A stretch of 64,000 nt of DNA from Lama guanicoe (Eukaryota): the NCBI GenBank assembly GCA_013239625.1, contig MU053792.1, positions 135,618 to 199,617 on the forward strand, given 5' to 3'. Below the pieces are notes generated by a model. It saw only the letters and a list, made by a program, of their open reading frames with translations. It was not told where the DNA came from and made no database searches. A program made the translations under genes and the position numbers. Below, piece after piece: positions 11,873-24,572 of this stretch; positions within the stretch are counted from its first letter, which is position 1, and each line of letters begins with the position of its first letter.

Positions 11873-13623
11873 ATATTATTTGAAATTGTAAACCCTTGTA
11901 TCATTATTTATAAAGTGAGTATTTTGGAAATATTTGTCAACTAAATTATGAAACACCCATAATTTGGAAAAATATGTAGCAGCTAAACAAAACAAAAAAA
12001 TAGAACTGTATGTATTAACATGGAAACTAATTTCAGAACATATTACTATGTGGGGAAAACTGTTACAGAACACAATGATGGGTTTTAAAAATTCTATATG
12101 TAGCTGAGTCCATATCTACTTCAAAAGCATGGAAAAGGTATTGAGAGGATACATATGATTTGTGAATATGTTTTTTCCTGAGGTCTGGAGTGGGATAAAA
12201 GAGAAAGGAGATGAAGAAGAACTTTCCAATAGTTGTTCTAAGAGTTTGATAACATTTGAGTCTTTCACAAAGAAATGTAAGTTTATATTACCATTTTTAA
12301 AAATTAAAAACCACACTGGCAGTCTGTTATAGATTGTTTAGAATGTGGTTTCCCTGGAATTGTAGGTCTGTGTGTAGTGTACATGTATAATGTTTGATAT
12401 AGATATGTCATTGCTAAAGGAATAAATTCAAATGGACATGTCAAAATACTCTGAAACAGAGCTTACTAGAGCAGTGTTAGTTTTGATTAGTGTATACGTA
12501 ATACTTATGATTGTTTGGTTATGAATTAATTGATGGAACCTTTGGGACATTTTCTACGACTGATTAAGGTAATGACAATTCTCTATATTCAGAAATTATA
12601 AATTAATTATCCTCTAAAATGTATATACATATATTGTTTTATGCATCAGCATCTCAATAGGTTTAAAAATGTTTCATTAAAATATATTGTTAAGATTCTG
12701 CATATGTTTAATTTTGTTGGCTCTAGAATGGGTTAAAATGTGTCACATAAATCAAGCCTAATTCCTTCCCCCTACACACATTTTACTCTATTAATTTTCC
12801 CTCAAAGTAGAGGTCTTCCTGAGATTTTCCCCTACAAGTCCACTTTCTGACCTTCAGGTCAGACAATGAGGCTCATATTTCTTTCCCTGTAATTCTTTCA
12901 TGCACCCAGTTTATGACTTCCACCTTGAGATGTCATTACCGGTGAAGCTGAGTTATTATATACCAAATTGAAATGAATCAGGAAATGTGTTTCTCACAAT
13001 TATTTCACAATTCCTAATGGAGGTACAGGCCCTGATAGAATCCCCAAAATTGCCATCAAAGTTCAAATTGAATGTGAACCATGGAATGCCTCAGTTCACA
13101 TTAGAAAGATCTATGACTGCCCTGCATTGGGTGTGAGGTTAATTTAGAGTTGAGGTCTTGAGCAGTTGAGTTGCTGTTTGGATATCCATGAACATACAGA
13201 TTTGAATTTATCTGTGATCAGCCTCTGTCGTCTATCAGTATCACAATGTAGACTGACTTGTCTTGCTCAATCGAAACAAATGTGAAAAGGTAGACAGATT
13301 GTTTTCAGTACTTCCTGACTATTCTTGCTTTTTTGTTTTTTTAACTTGTTGTTTTAACATCTTATTGAGGCACAGTAGCACATACACAGAAAAATGTAAT
13401 CATCATAGTACACAGCACAACGATTTTTTTAAAGACAGTCAAGTAATATTTTGGGGGGTTATCAGGGCCTGGGCCTCCATTAGAAACTGTGAGTTCAAAG
13501 CCACAGATGTAAAAATAGACCATAACTTTAATCCCATCTTGATGTTGTCTCTGTCCGTGGGTGGATTTTGGGGAAGCGTCCATGAAGGGTTTAGTTGCTT
13601 CCATATCAAAGTGGATGCTTCTT

Positions 13624-13807
13624 CTTCTTCTTTTTTTTTTTTAATAATTCTTTTTCTGGGGGGAAGGGGAAGGGGAAGGTAATTAGATTGATTGATTTAT
13701 TTCTCTACTTACCTACTTATTTATTAGCAGAGGTACTGGAGGCTGAACCCAGGGCATCCTGCACACTAAGCATGCACTCTACCACTGAGCTCTGCCCTCC
13801 ACCCCAC
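13624..13807 (-). mobile_element. tRNA-derived SINE (camelid Vic-1 type) with 14 bp TSD
   Basis: Antisense head 'gaggtactggaggctgaacccagggcatcctgcacactaagcatgcactctaccactgagct', poly-T tail, and TSD agtggatgcttctt at 13610-13623 and 13808-13821. Confidence 0.9.
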
Positions 13808-14279
13808 AGTGGATGCTTCTTAAGAAGAAGCCTGAAAGCTGGAGGCAACACCTACCGCTGCTCTTTGCCAGTGCTCATACAGGTACTTGTATATGCTCTC
13901 AGGACATAAAAAAAAAAATTTTGTGCTACAAGCAAATACGATTTTTTTTCTTCTCCTCAATCTATCAAATTTTACCTGAGTGACTTCCATTGCAGACTTG
14001 AAGGAGAGAGCTGCAGGCAGGGCACCTGGGAAATGGCATTACGAGGCTTTATGTCCCTGCACTTGAACAACAGGCTTAGAAGAGCAGGTGTGGAATTATC
14101 AGCCAACACAGGCAGAACACCATCTAAGAGTCTTCTAAAATCTAAAGGAATCATCTTTATTGCACAAACATGATTTAATGTTGCAGTGACACTCATAGAG
14201 AACCACAAATTTGGAAAAAAAATTAGTGCTTGGTATTAATTGAAGGGAGTCAAAAATGACTCATGAGTTTCTTTCTTAT

Positions 14280-15230
14280 TTTAGATTTTTTGTAAAATAC
14301 TATACTTATGAAGTATTTTTTAATTACAGAAACTCAGTATTCACAAATTTGAAAATAGTGTGATGGAACCAATTATTTCACCTCCCAGCTGCAGTCTTCT
14401 TTCATCTGTACCCCACCTCCATCATTCTTTTCCATGTGGATTTTTCACTCAAATCTAAAATATTGCATACTTGTTTAATGAAGATTTATTATGTGTATAT
14501 AAAATACAGTATTTTCTAAACATTACCACCATATTTTTATCCTGTGTAAAATATGTATGAAAACAGTATCTTAATAACACCAAATATTTTGATGGTATTC
14601 AAATATATCCATTTCATAATTGTTAAAGGGTTTTTTTAAAAAATTAGGGTTCTGATAAATTCTACAAACTGCAATTGGTTCAGATTGCAATTATTCACAA
14701 ATTGCAGAAAATCACAAATTGCAATTAAATCGCTTGTTTCTTTTAGTCTATAGATTTTCTGTTTCTTTCCTTCTGTCTCTGTCACTATGACTCTAGCTCT
14801 TGTTCTCACTCTTACTCCATCTCTATCAATTTATTTATTCAAGACTCCGGTGGTAGTTTTACTGCAATATGGTTTTGGCTGATTGCATCCATGGGGTGTT
14901 ATTTAACAGGCTCGTCTGTTCATCACTGTTAGAGGCTTGATCCGATTCTGGAATGTGATACTGTGTGTTTTCAGCAGGATGCACATGTAGTCTAGCCTTC
15001 TCTCCTTCTTGTGGTTTTTAGCTGTTATTAGTAATCATTTCCGACATCTTTCTTTCTTTTGGATTTATAAAATTGTTCTGTCTCTAATTTTGTGTGCTTC
15101 CTTAAAGTGAAATTGCAGTGCTCACTTATTTAGTTACCCTTATGTACAGTTTACATTGGAAAAGCTGGGTAGACACTTGATTCTTTCCCTTTAGGTATCA
15201 GTTTTCAAATAGTTCCCCCCGATCCTCAAA
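14280..15230 (-). mobile_element. Ancient L1 (L1MC-like) 3' region
   Basis: Degraded T-rich antisense L1 3'-UTR-like text. Subfamily and boundaries are tentative. Confidence 0.45.
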
Positions 15231-15343
15231 TGTGGCCAACATGTGCTCAGTCCTAGCCCTGCCGCTTAAGAGTTGTGTAACACTGGGGAAATCACTTTTC
15301 CTCCCTGTGTATATTTATTCTGGTAAAGATTTTGGAAATTAGA

Positions 15344-15689
15344 TGTGTGAAAAATTAAATAGAAACCTCAGTTAAATAGAGTTGGGGGATGAAAGAGGGG
15401 AGCTCTCACAGCCTGTAATGATAGCAGAGCCCAACACGAAGAAAAAAAGATTCCTTTTCTTTCCCAACAAGGACTCAGCCAACTAAAAGCCACGGAGTTT
15501 CCGTGCATTATAGCGTTCCCTACTTTCTTTTTCTCTCTATAAAAGTGACCACTTTCCCTTACTGTGCAGGGACTACTACGTTAGTTACCATGGTGGAAGA
15601 CTTGGAATTACAATTCTCTGTTGATCCTGAATAAGCTCCTCTTTGTTGGAAAAAAAATGTATCTGGAGTCTATTTGAGCCAGGCCAGCA
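15344..15689 (+). mobile_element. Solo ERV1 LTR (MER34-like) inserted into a MIR
   Basis: TG...CA ends, TATA-like 'ctataaaag' at ~15537 and U5 'caattctctgttgatcctgaataagc...gtctatttgagccaggccagca'. Near-TSD taga/gaga. MIR halves lie at ~15245-15340 and ~15690-15750. Confidence 0.65.
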
Positions 15690-16885
15690 GAGATCATATA
15701 CATAAAGTGCACAGCAGACTGTTGCACACTGTAAGAACTCAATCCATTATTATCATCATCAATTTTTGTTAAATCTCCCAGATCCAATCATCACACATAA
15801 ATAATTCAGTTACATACATTTTTAGAAGCCGTATGGTCAAATGAAGTCGGTGAAAACAGAGAATCCTGTTTTTCAAGGCAATAGAACTTTGGAAGGGCAG
15901 TCTTATTGAGTTAATGCTTACCTAGCTGCCAATTGGAAGAAAATGCGCTGGAAGTCATTCCAGACTCATGGAGGTCACTTATGAATGTCTTCTATGTGGA
16001 AAGAAGAAAAACATGTGTTAGTGACTCTGTACCTAAATAGAAATGATAAAGGTTGTTCATTCTGTCATTTGTTTGCTTTACAGCTATGGGAAGATATATA
16101 AAATTTGTTTAGAGTTAAAACATTGTGTAAATTGATCTAAGAGCTGAATAGATAGATACTCTAGAATTTCTGTAAAACAAAACAGAATGTTTTTTGTTTC
16201 TGTTTTTGCCATGGAGAACTTATCCAATACACTGGATTGTTTCCAGTGACATGGAAATCCATACTTCAGTCCTGATCTGCTATGTTTATTTGCCCTCTCC
16301 TAGGTGAACGGATCTTAAAATGCTAGTTTTTCTATGGGGTACTATGGGACCAGAAGGGGTGATAAGGGGTTTGAGGTAGCAAAACAATAAAATTAAGGGA
16401 GTATAAACTTTGAGTCAATAAAATCTAGCTTCAGCCTTAAAAAATGCATCTTTTTTTTTCAGTTGGAATTTTATGTAAGCTTGCAAGGAAAGGAGAGTAA
16501 GAGTGCTTATACAGATGGCTAACTCAGCAGGTGAGAACTCGATCGATCCAAGGTCAAGTCCTCATGTATCTTATGGGCTCATTATGTTCATGTTTTCATG
16601 TCCAGAGAGTGCATACTTAACCCAGGTCAGTTATTTCATAAATGCTTGGCCTGAATCACTAAGGCGTGAATTTTGGAATTTCTAACTCCACGACTAAATG
16701 GAGAATTTAAAGCACACCCATATAATGCTAAATTGGTAGTTTCAATCTCAAATTAAAGCCCAACATTAATGTTATTATGATCATTATTATCCCACAGATT
16801 CATTAATTTATGTTTGAGGTTGTTTATTTTCTCCTTTATTGACAGGTCAAGTCCTTCAATTCATTGAAACAATAGAAAATGCATA

Positions 16886-17222
16886 TGTTGCGGTCAGTAT
16901 GAGTTGATCTCTGGCTGTCCAGAATCGGATCACCCTTTTCATGTTTGATTTTCTGTGTATCCTGAGAGTAGAAACAAAGCCTATTTCCTCTGAGATAAGT
17001 ATGAGTGTTTCCGCCTCTCTTGCAGCTAGATTGACAGCATGTGACCTTGTCCCTTCAATCAGTTTGCCCCACCTTGGATTTTTGAATTGGGACCTAGTAA
17101 ATTTTAGGGCAGAGATCATGGAACTTGTTTTGCAGCAATAGTAGCAACTATCCTCTCCATAAATGTTTTATTAAAATTAGCCAGTTTGTTTCTTCTGCAT
17201 GAAACAAGAAAACTTAACTGGT
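16886..17222 (+). mobile_element. Ancient ERVL/MaLR-type solo LTR relic
   Basis: 3' end 'ttagccagtttgtttcttctgcatgaaacaagaaaacttaactg' resembles the LTR16/LTR33/MLT U5 motif. Confidence 0.45.
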
Positions 17223-18440
17223 CTGGGGAGTAATCACTTAATTAATTAAGTGTTAAATAAATTTTCTAGACTGGACTGAAACAAAAAATTCAACTAGAAT
17301 TTGGAGAAAGAGTTTTGTCCACCTTTAGCATGAAGTGGAAAAATAAAAGTATTCCTTGCTTTCTGAACTCTATTCACCTGAATACATGTTGGAATACCTT
17401 CCAGGTAAATTTAAACAATATTCACCATCTACATTGAAAGCTTGACCTCACACACCTACATGCAGGTACAGTGAAAACATCTGAATTGCATGAATATCAG
17501 TGTGAAAATATGTAGAATATGATGCAGTGTTATCTAAGTAATTTTTTCTATAGGTTTTTGTCTTGTGCTTGCATTAAAAAAATTATGTTGTGTATTTTTG
17601 CTATGACTTTCCCCTCATAAGTATGTTTAAAAGGCATTCTAAGGAAGGAGAAATGCCTGTGAAGAAAGTAGGTGAGCCCAAAATGAACCCAAAAGTCATA
17701 CATTAGAAGGGAGCTTAGAAGTAGGTAAGTGTGACTACAGAAAATATATATTCATGACCATGTACATCTTCCCAGCTACTGTGTATGTGAATTGTTTCTT
17801 TTCATGACAAAATAAATAACGATTATAAAAGTATTGTCAGTTCTGGAAAATTTTAATGTATTATTCATATATGGCATAATAATTTTGCAAAAAATCAGAA
17901 AATTAACTTGCTCAGTGCCTTGGGAATCACAATGAGCATGGGATGACTCTGAGTACTACGTTAACACAGAAATGTTGAAAATATTTGAAGGTCTGAGTAA
18001 AACCACAATGAAGGAGTAAGACGATTTAGTGAAGGAGTTGAGAAGTAGAGAATTCAGGACAGATCATGGGTCAAGGAGCTTCGGCTGATAATCACCTAAG
18101 GAGTCTTCTGATGTGAAGTGCAAAATTCTATTGTTGCTGACTTCAAGCCTCTGGGGAAATGATTGACACAAAGCAAAAAAAAATTGTAAGACTTAGTAAG
18201 TACCCAAGTTTAGTGAAACAGTCAGCGATCTGCTGATACACTTCTATCAACATACAGACAATTACTATGGAGAACAACATCCTGCTTGGTGCTCATTGTT
18301 GGAGTGAGAAAAAAAGAAAAAAAGAACTCCAGGATACTATATGCCACATCTATAAAAGAATCTTTGTACTATACAAACCAGTTAATTGCTATTGAAAGCA
18401 AGGTGGATGATAACATGAGCACTTCAAAAATGCACTTTTC

Positions 18441-18562
18441 AGGGGAGGAGGGTATAGCTCAGGGGTAGGGCACGTGCTTAGCATGTATGAGGTCCTGTGT
18501 TAAATCCCTAGTACCTCCATCAAAAAAAAAATACCCCCCCCAAAAAAACCCCAAAACAAACA
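18441..18562 (+). mobile_element. tRNA-derived SINE (camelid Vic-1 type)
   Basis: 'ggggaggagggtatagctcaggggtagggcacgtgcttagcatgtatgaggtcctgtgttaaatccctagtacctcc' plus A-rich tail. Imperfect TSD aaaaatgcactttt / aaaaattcactttc. Confidence 0.9.
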
Positions 18563-19354
18563 AAAAATTCACTTTCCAAAAAACAATTATAAATTTAAGT
18601 TGCTGTATAATTGATCTCAAGCAGAGATAATGGAAGCTGATGATCATTTTTATTTATTTATTCATTTTTATTCCAAACATCCCATTTCTGTAATTTCAGA
18701 TGCTGAAAGAGAATCCAACCACTTGGATTCCACCTTGAACTCACTTCAGGCTGTTTCAACCTTTCCTTTACCAGCAGACTGTCCAAAGGCTCCAGAAAGG
18801 AGCAGCAAAAACTGTGCCTCCATCACAAAGTTTACCAAGATTGCCAAAGACGGGTATGATAATTTAAGCAGCTTGGAGCTTTTTGTGGTGTTTGCTTAGT
18901 TAACTGAAACTAGATCCAATGGCACATGAACAGATATTCAGATGACAGAAGCATCTCCATTTAAAATAAAGGAAAAAATCCACAGACTTGGGGAAAGCAC
19001 ACTGGGCACATCCTTCATCCTGAAGAAATTTGTCAGTCACTTCAGCCGCTTCAGGAAGTAAAGAATCCCCAAGTGATGAAAAGCAAAGTGCTGTTTTTTC
19101 ATTCTTTCATTTTCTTTCAGATTCACTCCTCCCGCTATTTTCTATAGGACATATTTGTGGTGATAATTCTGTAGTTAAAACCTATCAAGGCATGTTGAAG
19201 TCAGAAGAACAGAGCAGTGTACATTTCCCCAGAGATGCTGGTGCTTTGGCTGGATGCAGTAACTAATGAAACTTTGAGCTCCCCTTCTTTGGGAAGGGTG
19301 AGAGTACATTTTAGCTTCATGAAGGAGCAGGTGGGTCCAATAGGATGTGCTTGT

Positions 19355-19392
19355 TTTCTTTCTTTTCTTCCTTTTCTTTCCTTCCTTCCTTC

Positions 19393-19454
<62 letters not shown>

Positions 19455-19495
19455 CTTTCTTTCCTTTTTTCTTTCTTTTCTCCTTTCTTTTTTAT
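19355..19495. repeat. (CTTT)n / pyrimidine-rich microsatellite
   Basis: Directly visible. Followed by a tiny L1 3'-tail remnant, so probably an expanded retroposon tail. Confidence 0.95.
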
Positions 19496-19629
19496 TTTAT
19501 ATATTTATTAAACTATAGTCAGTACAATGTACACCAGAAATCAACACATTGTAGTGCAATCTTTTTTTTTAAAGTATAACTGTATGAAATAGCCAGCCAA
19601 AAATAACAAATGTTTGTCAGACAAATAGG

Positions 19630-20206
19630 TGTATGGCAGTGGGCATCTCTATAACTAGCATCCAGTCTCCTTTTTATGGATGGGCAGTCCCTTACCTGGA
19701 GTCAGCATTGGTGGAAGCAGAGCCTGCCTCCTATCATGGAAGCTGAAAATGCCAGATCATTTTCTTAAGGCATGGGATGAAACATTGTTTCTGTTAATCC
19801 AACCCACCAACTCTGGACTTAGAACTGGGAGATAAGGACAAGGGACCCACGATGCCAGTGTGCAGCATTAGTAGCAGGGCAAATCCTTGAGGTCTAGAGA
19901 CAGAAAGGAGCAGTGTTCAGTTTTCAGTGTCAACAGTGGAGGGAGGCACTGTAATCCAGAGTGCCTGTGTTCCGTGGCAATTTTTTTTTCCAACAGTTTT
20001 CATATTGGACTAGTGTTACTGATTTTGACTGTGGCCCTATCTGATGCCCACTTCCTTGTTTCTCCTCAGTCTTCCAGCCCCAGTTTTCTAGCTTTCTTGG
20101 AGTTTCTGTTAGTTATATAATACCGTTTGTGATAAGTTTATTTTTTTTCTGTGTAAATATGCCTAAATCAATATCTGTAGCTAGCAACTAAGAACCATGG
20201 CTGATT
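19630..20206 (+). mobile_element. ERVL-class solo LTR (LTR33-like)
   Basis: 'ggaagctgaaaatgccag' internal motif and U5 end 'tctgtagctagcaactaagaaccatggctgat'. Confidence 0.55.
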
Positions 20207-20765
20207 CTTGGTCTAGCAAAGTAGTCTGAAGTTTATGACTAGACAGTAAATGTACATTATCAGGAAGCTATTTAAAATAGGAGCCTGATCTGCAGTCATA
20301 CGGGCTAACCCTGAAATTAACATTCTTTTACTCTGACCCAGAGCCACTCAGCAAACAAACAGGCTGGGATCCCATCAGGGATAAATGCTATGCTTAGTCG
20401 ATACTGAAGTGAGTTTAAATAAGGGACAATTTATGGTTGAACCAACCAGGGATGATGTTGTCCTGCAAACTAGCAACAGTGAAACACTCTATAAAGTGAA
20501 GGAGAATAAAACCACCACCAGAGTCACGTGATAACTGGCACGAGGAATCGAAAAGGAGCTACAGTTACAAAGGGACAAAACCACAGCCACAACCACAGGA
20601 CCAAGTCAGGTGGGGGGAGGAGAGCAGAGAAGAAATATTCTGACCTCAAACCCCAGGCCTCCAATCAGCTGTTGGGTCCTCCCAGGGCTAAACACAGAAG
20701 TCGAATAAAAGCTATTTAAGCAAGAGATCCAGGCCTCTTCCCCATCAAGAAATATAAAAGCAGGG

Positions 20766-21227
20766 TCATACGGTAAGTCTACTTTCAGCCTTTTGAGGAA
20801 TCTCCATACTGTCTTCCACAGTGGCTGCACCAAACTGCATTCCCACCAGCAGTGTAGGAGGGTTTCCCTTTCTCCACAGCCTCTCCAGCATTTGTCATTT
20901 GTGGACTTTTGAATGATGGCCATTCTGACTGGTGTGAGGTGATACCTCATTGTAGTTTTGATTTGCATTTCTCTGATAATTAGTGGAATCTAGAAAAAAT
21001 AAAAGACAAATGAACTTATATATAAAATAGAAACAGACTCACAGACATAGAATACAGACTTGTGGTGTGTAACACAGGGAAATATATTCAATATCTTGTA
21101 GTAGCTCACAGTGAAAAAGACTATGAAAATGAATATATGTATATTCATGTATGACTGAAGAATTGTGCTGTACACCAAAAATTGAAACAACATTGTAAAC
21201 TGACTATACCTCAATTAAAAAAAAAAA
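20766..21227 (+). mobile_element. Short LINE-1 with 5' inversion (twin priming) and TSD
   Basis: 20766-20984 is the antisense ORF2 C-terminus (minus [19 protein letters not shown]...CWWEC). 20985-21227 is the sense 3' UTR plus poly-A. Flanked by aagaaatata(a/g)aagcaggg at 20747-20765 and 21228-21246. Confidence 0.9.
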
Positions 21228-21499
21228 AAGAAATATAGAAGCAGGGAATGGACCTGGAGTTAAACAGAGAACACTTTGAATAATAATCAACTTACTTTTT
21301 GAAATAAATTAGGAGAACTTTGTGATACATTCTTATCTCAATTAATTACCATATTAAAATTTTTTCCAAGCAAATATACATTAATTAGAAAAACTTCAAT
21401 ATTATCTGGGGGAAGTTAATCCAGAAATGCTTTTTGTTAAAGCATATGAGAAATTTTGAAGGATTTGGAATGAGAACATATGATTCCTTTTTAAAATTA

Positions 21500-22500
21500 C
21501 ATTGGTCGAGGAGCAAGCAACTGCAGAATGATAGCATACGGAGGATCGAAAAGCTTCTCCACAGCAAAAAACAATAGCCTTTGAAAATTATAAAGTAAGC
21601 AACCACTTAGAATCTCTGGAATTTATCCTAAGGGCAAACAGAAAATGGAAAAATATTTAATGAAAAAAATTCACTAAATTTTGGGAAGGACAAAGAGAAG
21701 CCCTGGATTTGAGGAAGTGTAATTCACTCAACCTCTCCGCAGCTCAGTCTGATGGAAATCACACTGTAGGCAGATTATAAGGACGAAAGGAGACTAGGAC
21801 TTCCTCGACCCTCAGCTGCTAGTAAACTGCTGTGGGTTCTCCTTCAGCGTCCCCCATCCTCTCAGCCTTGTGTTGAAGGAGCTCGATTCCAGGCAACAGC
21901 AACTGAGAAGTCTGGGCACGTTTTTTTCTATCCAGCTACCAACTCATAGGGTGAAAGCTTTATGGCAGGTGCACAGGCCAAGAGCGCTGGTCCCTGATGA
22001 CTCTTGTCCCAGCTTGCCTAAAGAGCAGAGGCTTCATGCTGAGACAGGCAAGTCTAGAAGACCAGAGCTGTTGCTCCTGCCTGGCACCCCACTCACAGAG
22101 CAGGGTGTCACCCCAGGAGCAGAAGACAATAGTCCCACTTTCCAGGTTCAGAACATTAGTGCACGATTTAGGCCCAGCACAGAGTCAGGCCTTAAGAACA
22201 ACTAGTTGTACAAAGAGACTGACTTTATTTGGAACAGAGCATGCAGATTGTAAAGCCTACGGGCCCTTCCAGAAATGATGGCGATTTTAGCAGTGTGCAA
22301 TTAAGAGAAGACGACTGGCTCCATGAAAGCAACAAGATAATGATACACCAGACTGAAACTTAGCGGACAAACTAGAGGAAGAGACAGCTAAAAAGAGTCC
22401 TTCTGGAGGCAGAGCAAGCCTCAAAAAGCACCTCTAGTTTAATTGCATAAGACTATCAAAAAATGTGTGCATTCGGGCATCACTGATAACAAGGGAGTCA
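21500..22500 (+). mobile_element. Old L1 5' UTR region (L1M-type)
   Basis: Starts like the other old L1 5' end at 33292 (ctgcagaatgatag...aatctctggaattt). Confidence 0.55.
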
Positions 22501-22554
22501 GCTAGCGTCAGGGCAGGTGAACAGCTGGGCAAGACACGGATAAATGGAGATGAG

Positions 22555-23515
22555 CCGGTATTCCATGAAAGTGAAACCCGAAAGACAGCAGATGTACCTA
22601 CCTGCATATAAAACAATAGAATTTAAGCCAAAAATAGTAACAAGCGACAAAAAAGCTCGTTGTATAATGATGGGGGTGGTCCATTCATCAAGAAGATATA
22701 ACAATCCTAAATAGATACGCATCCAATATTGAAGCATTATATTTATTTTAAGTAAATATTAACAGATCTGGAGGAAGAAATAGATTACAATATAGTGACA
22801 GTAGGGGGCTTCAGTGCCCCACTTTGAACAATGACAGAAATCAACAAGAAAAATTTGTCTTGCACCATACTTTGCACCAAATGTCCCTAACAGGGAAGTA
22901 CAGAACATTCCATTAAAAGCAGAAGAAAAGACATTCTTCTCAAGCTCACGTAAGTGTTCTCCAGAACAGAGTGTATGAGAGGTTACAAAGTAAACCTTTG
23001 CATTTAAGAAGATTAAAATCATATCAAGTATCTTTTCCAACCACATGGTATGAAACTAGAAATCAATCAACAGGAGGGAAGCTGGCTAATTCACAATGAT
23101 GTGAATATTAAACAATTTACTCCTGAACAACCAATTTCAAAGAAGAAGTCAAAAGGGAAAACAAAACAAAACAAAAAAGTCTTGAAACAGCTGAAAATGG
23201 AAACACAACATATCAAAACCTATGAGATGCTGCAAAAGTTGTTCTAAGAAGGAAGTTTATAGCAATAAACGCCTACCTACGTTAAGAAAAAAATCAAAAA
23301 TAAACAATCTAACTTTATACCTCAAGGAACTAGAAAAAGAACAAAGTAAGTCCAATTAAGCAGAAGAAAGGAAATAACAACAATAAAAAAAAGCAGAAAT
23401 AAAAGAAATAGAGAATAGAAAACAAATAAAATGAATTTTTTGAAAAGATACACAAAATTAGCCAAACTTTAGCTAGACTATGAAGAAAGAGAAGACTGAA
23501 ACAAAATCAGAAGAA
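22555..23515 (+). mobile_element. L1 ORF2 endonuclease-region fragment
   Basis: Degraded EN text (catcaagaagatataacaatcctaaat; acattcttctcaagctcac; ggaagtttatagcaataaacgcctac). Confidence 0.85.
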
Positions 23516-24509
23516 AACACGTAATAAAAGAGACCAAATGATGTTTTTCCGATTGAAATCAATTGAAACAAGGCAGTAGTTTGAATCCACACACACAAAA
23601 CCGAAGTTAGTTATCTGGGGACATAATTGTATATTTCTTCTTCATTCTCTTACCTTATTTAATAAGCAATTGCATAAGACAATATATATTTAATTATATC
23701 ATTGGTCTCATATAGGAATGTAATATATTTGACAATACCAGGACATTTAAGGCAGCTGAGAGCAAAGTTGGATTGGAAGAAAAACAAGGCCAATCAGTTG
23801 TCAAAATCAAGGAGCGATTTCCAATAATGAAAATGAGACAGGTTCTATATTTTTAAAAAATGCACACTTGCTCAGCCAAGGTTAACAAACAGCAGCAATG
23901 GCAGATCACTCCCTAACCATCCACGGATGGGTGGACATACCCTTCATCTTTTTTCAATAATTTGAATAATGAACTGAAAAAGTAATTTTGTGTCAGCTTT
24001 GAGCAAATATCCTGCCCTGTAGATACTTGTTTTCCTACTCCTTTTTAGTCTTTCATTAATATTTTTCTTTTCACTTTCATCAGGAGACAAAGATACTCAG
24101 AAAACAAAACAGGACAGCTTTAGAGAGGAGGTGGTGGTGAGGAATTACATCATGGGAGCTGTAAAAATCATCCTTGAAAGTAGAAGGTTAGAATCTTGTT
24201 ACTTCTCATGAGCTGTGTCTATTTAGGGTAAAAGAAGGTCAGAAAATGAGACTAGAAAAATATACAATCCCAGATCTACATGGATTAAATTTGGCTGACT
24301 TGAAAATTGGACTAGGAGCTTTGTAAATGAAACTACCATCCTGCTGTGAACATGGGAGAAAAAAAAGAATTCAGGCAGCATCCACATTGCCAGAGAGTGG
24401 GGTCAAAGGCTATGCTTTAGTCAAGTGGACAAATTCAACTTCTTATTAACAAAGAAAACTCAGGTCATCTTATTTCTCATGGTAAAAATTACATTCTTGG
24501 GAGATTATA

Positions 24510-24572
24510 TATGTACATATATATATATAAAACATATATGTATATTATATATGTGTGTGTGTGTGTGTGTGT
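24510..24572. repeat. (TA)n/(TG)n microsatellite
   Basis: Directly visible. Confidence 0.9.

Noticed and set aside
18441..18520. tRNA gene
   Set aside because: Degenerate tRNA-like head with an A-rich tail and TSD, so a SINE rather than a functional tRNA.
18700..18853. Possible plus-strand exon (tttcag|...|gtatga)
   Set aside because: No recognisable protein and no partner exons; splice-like sites of this quality are common by chance.
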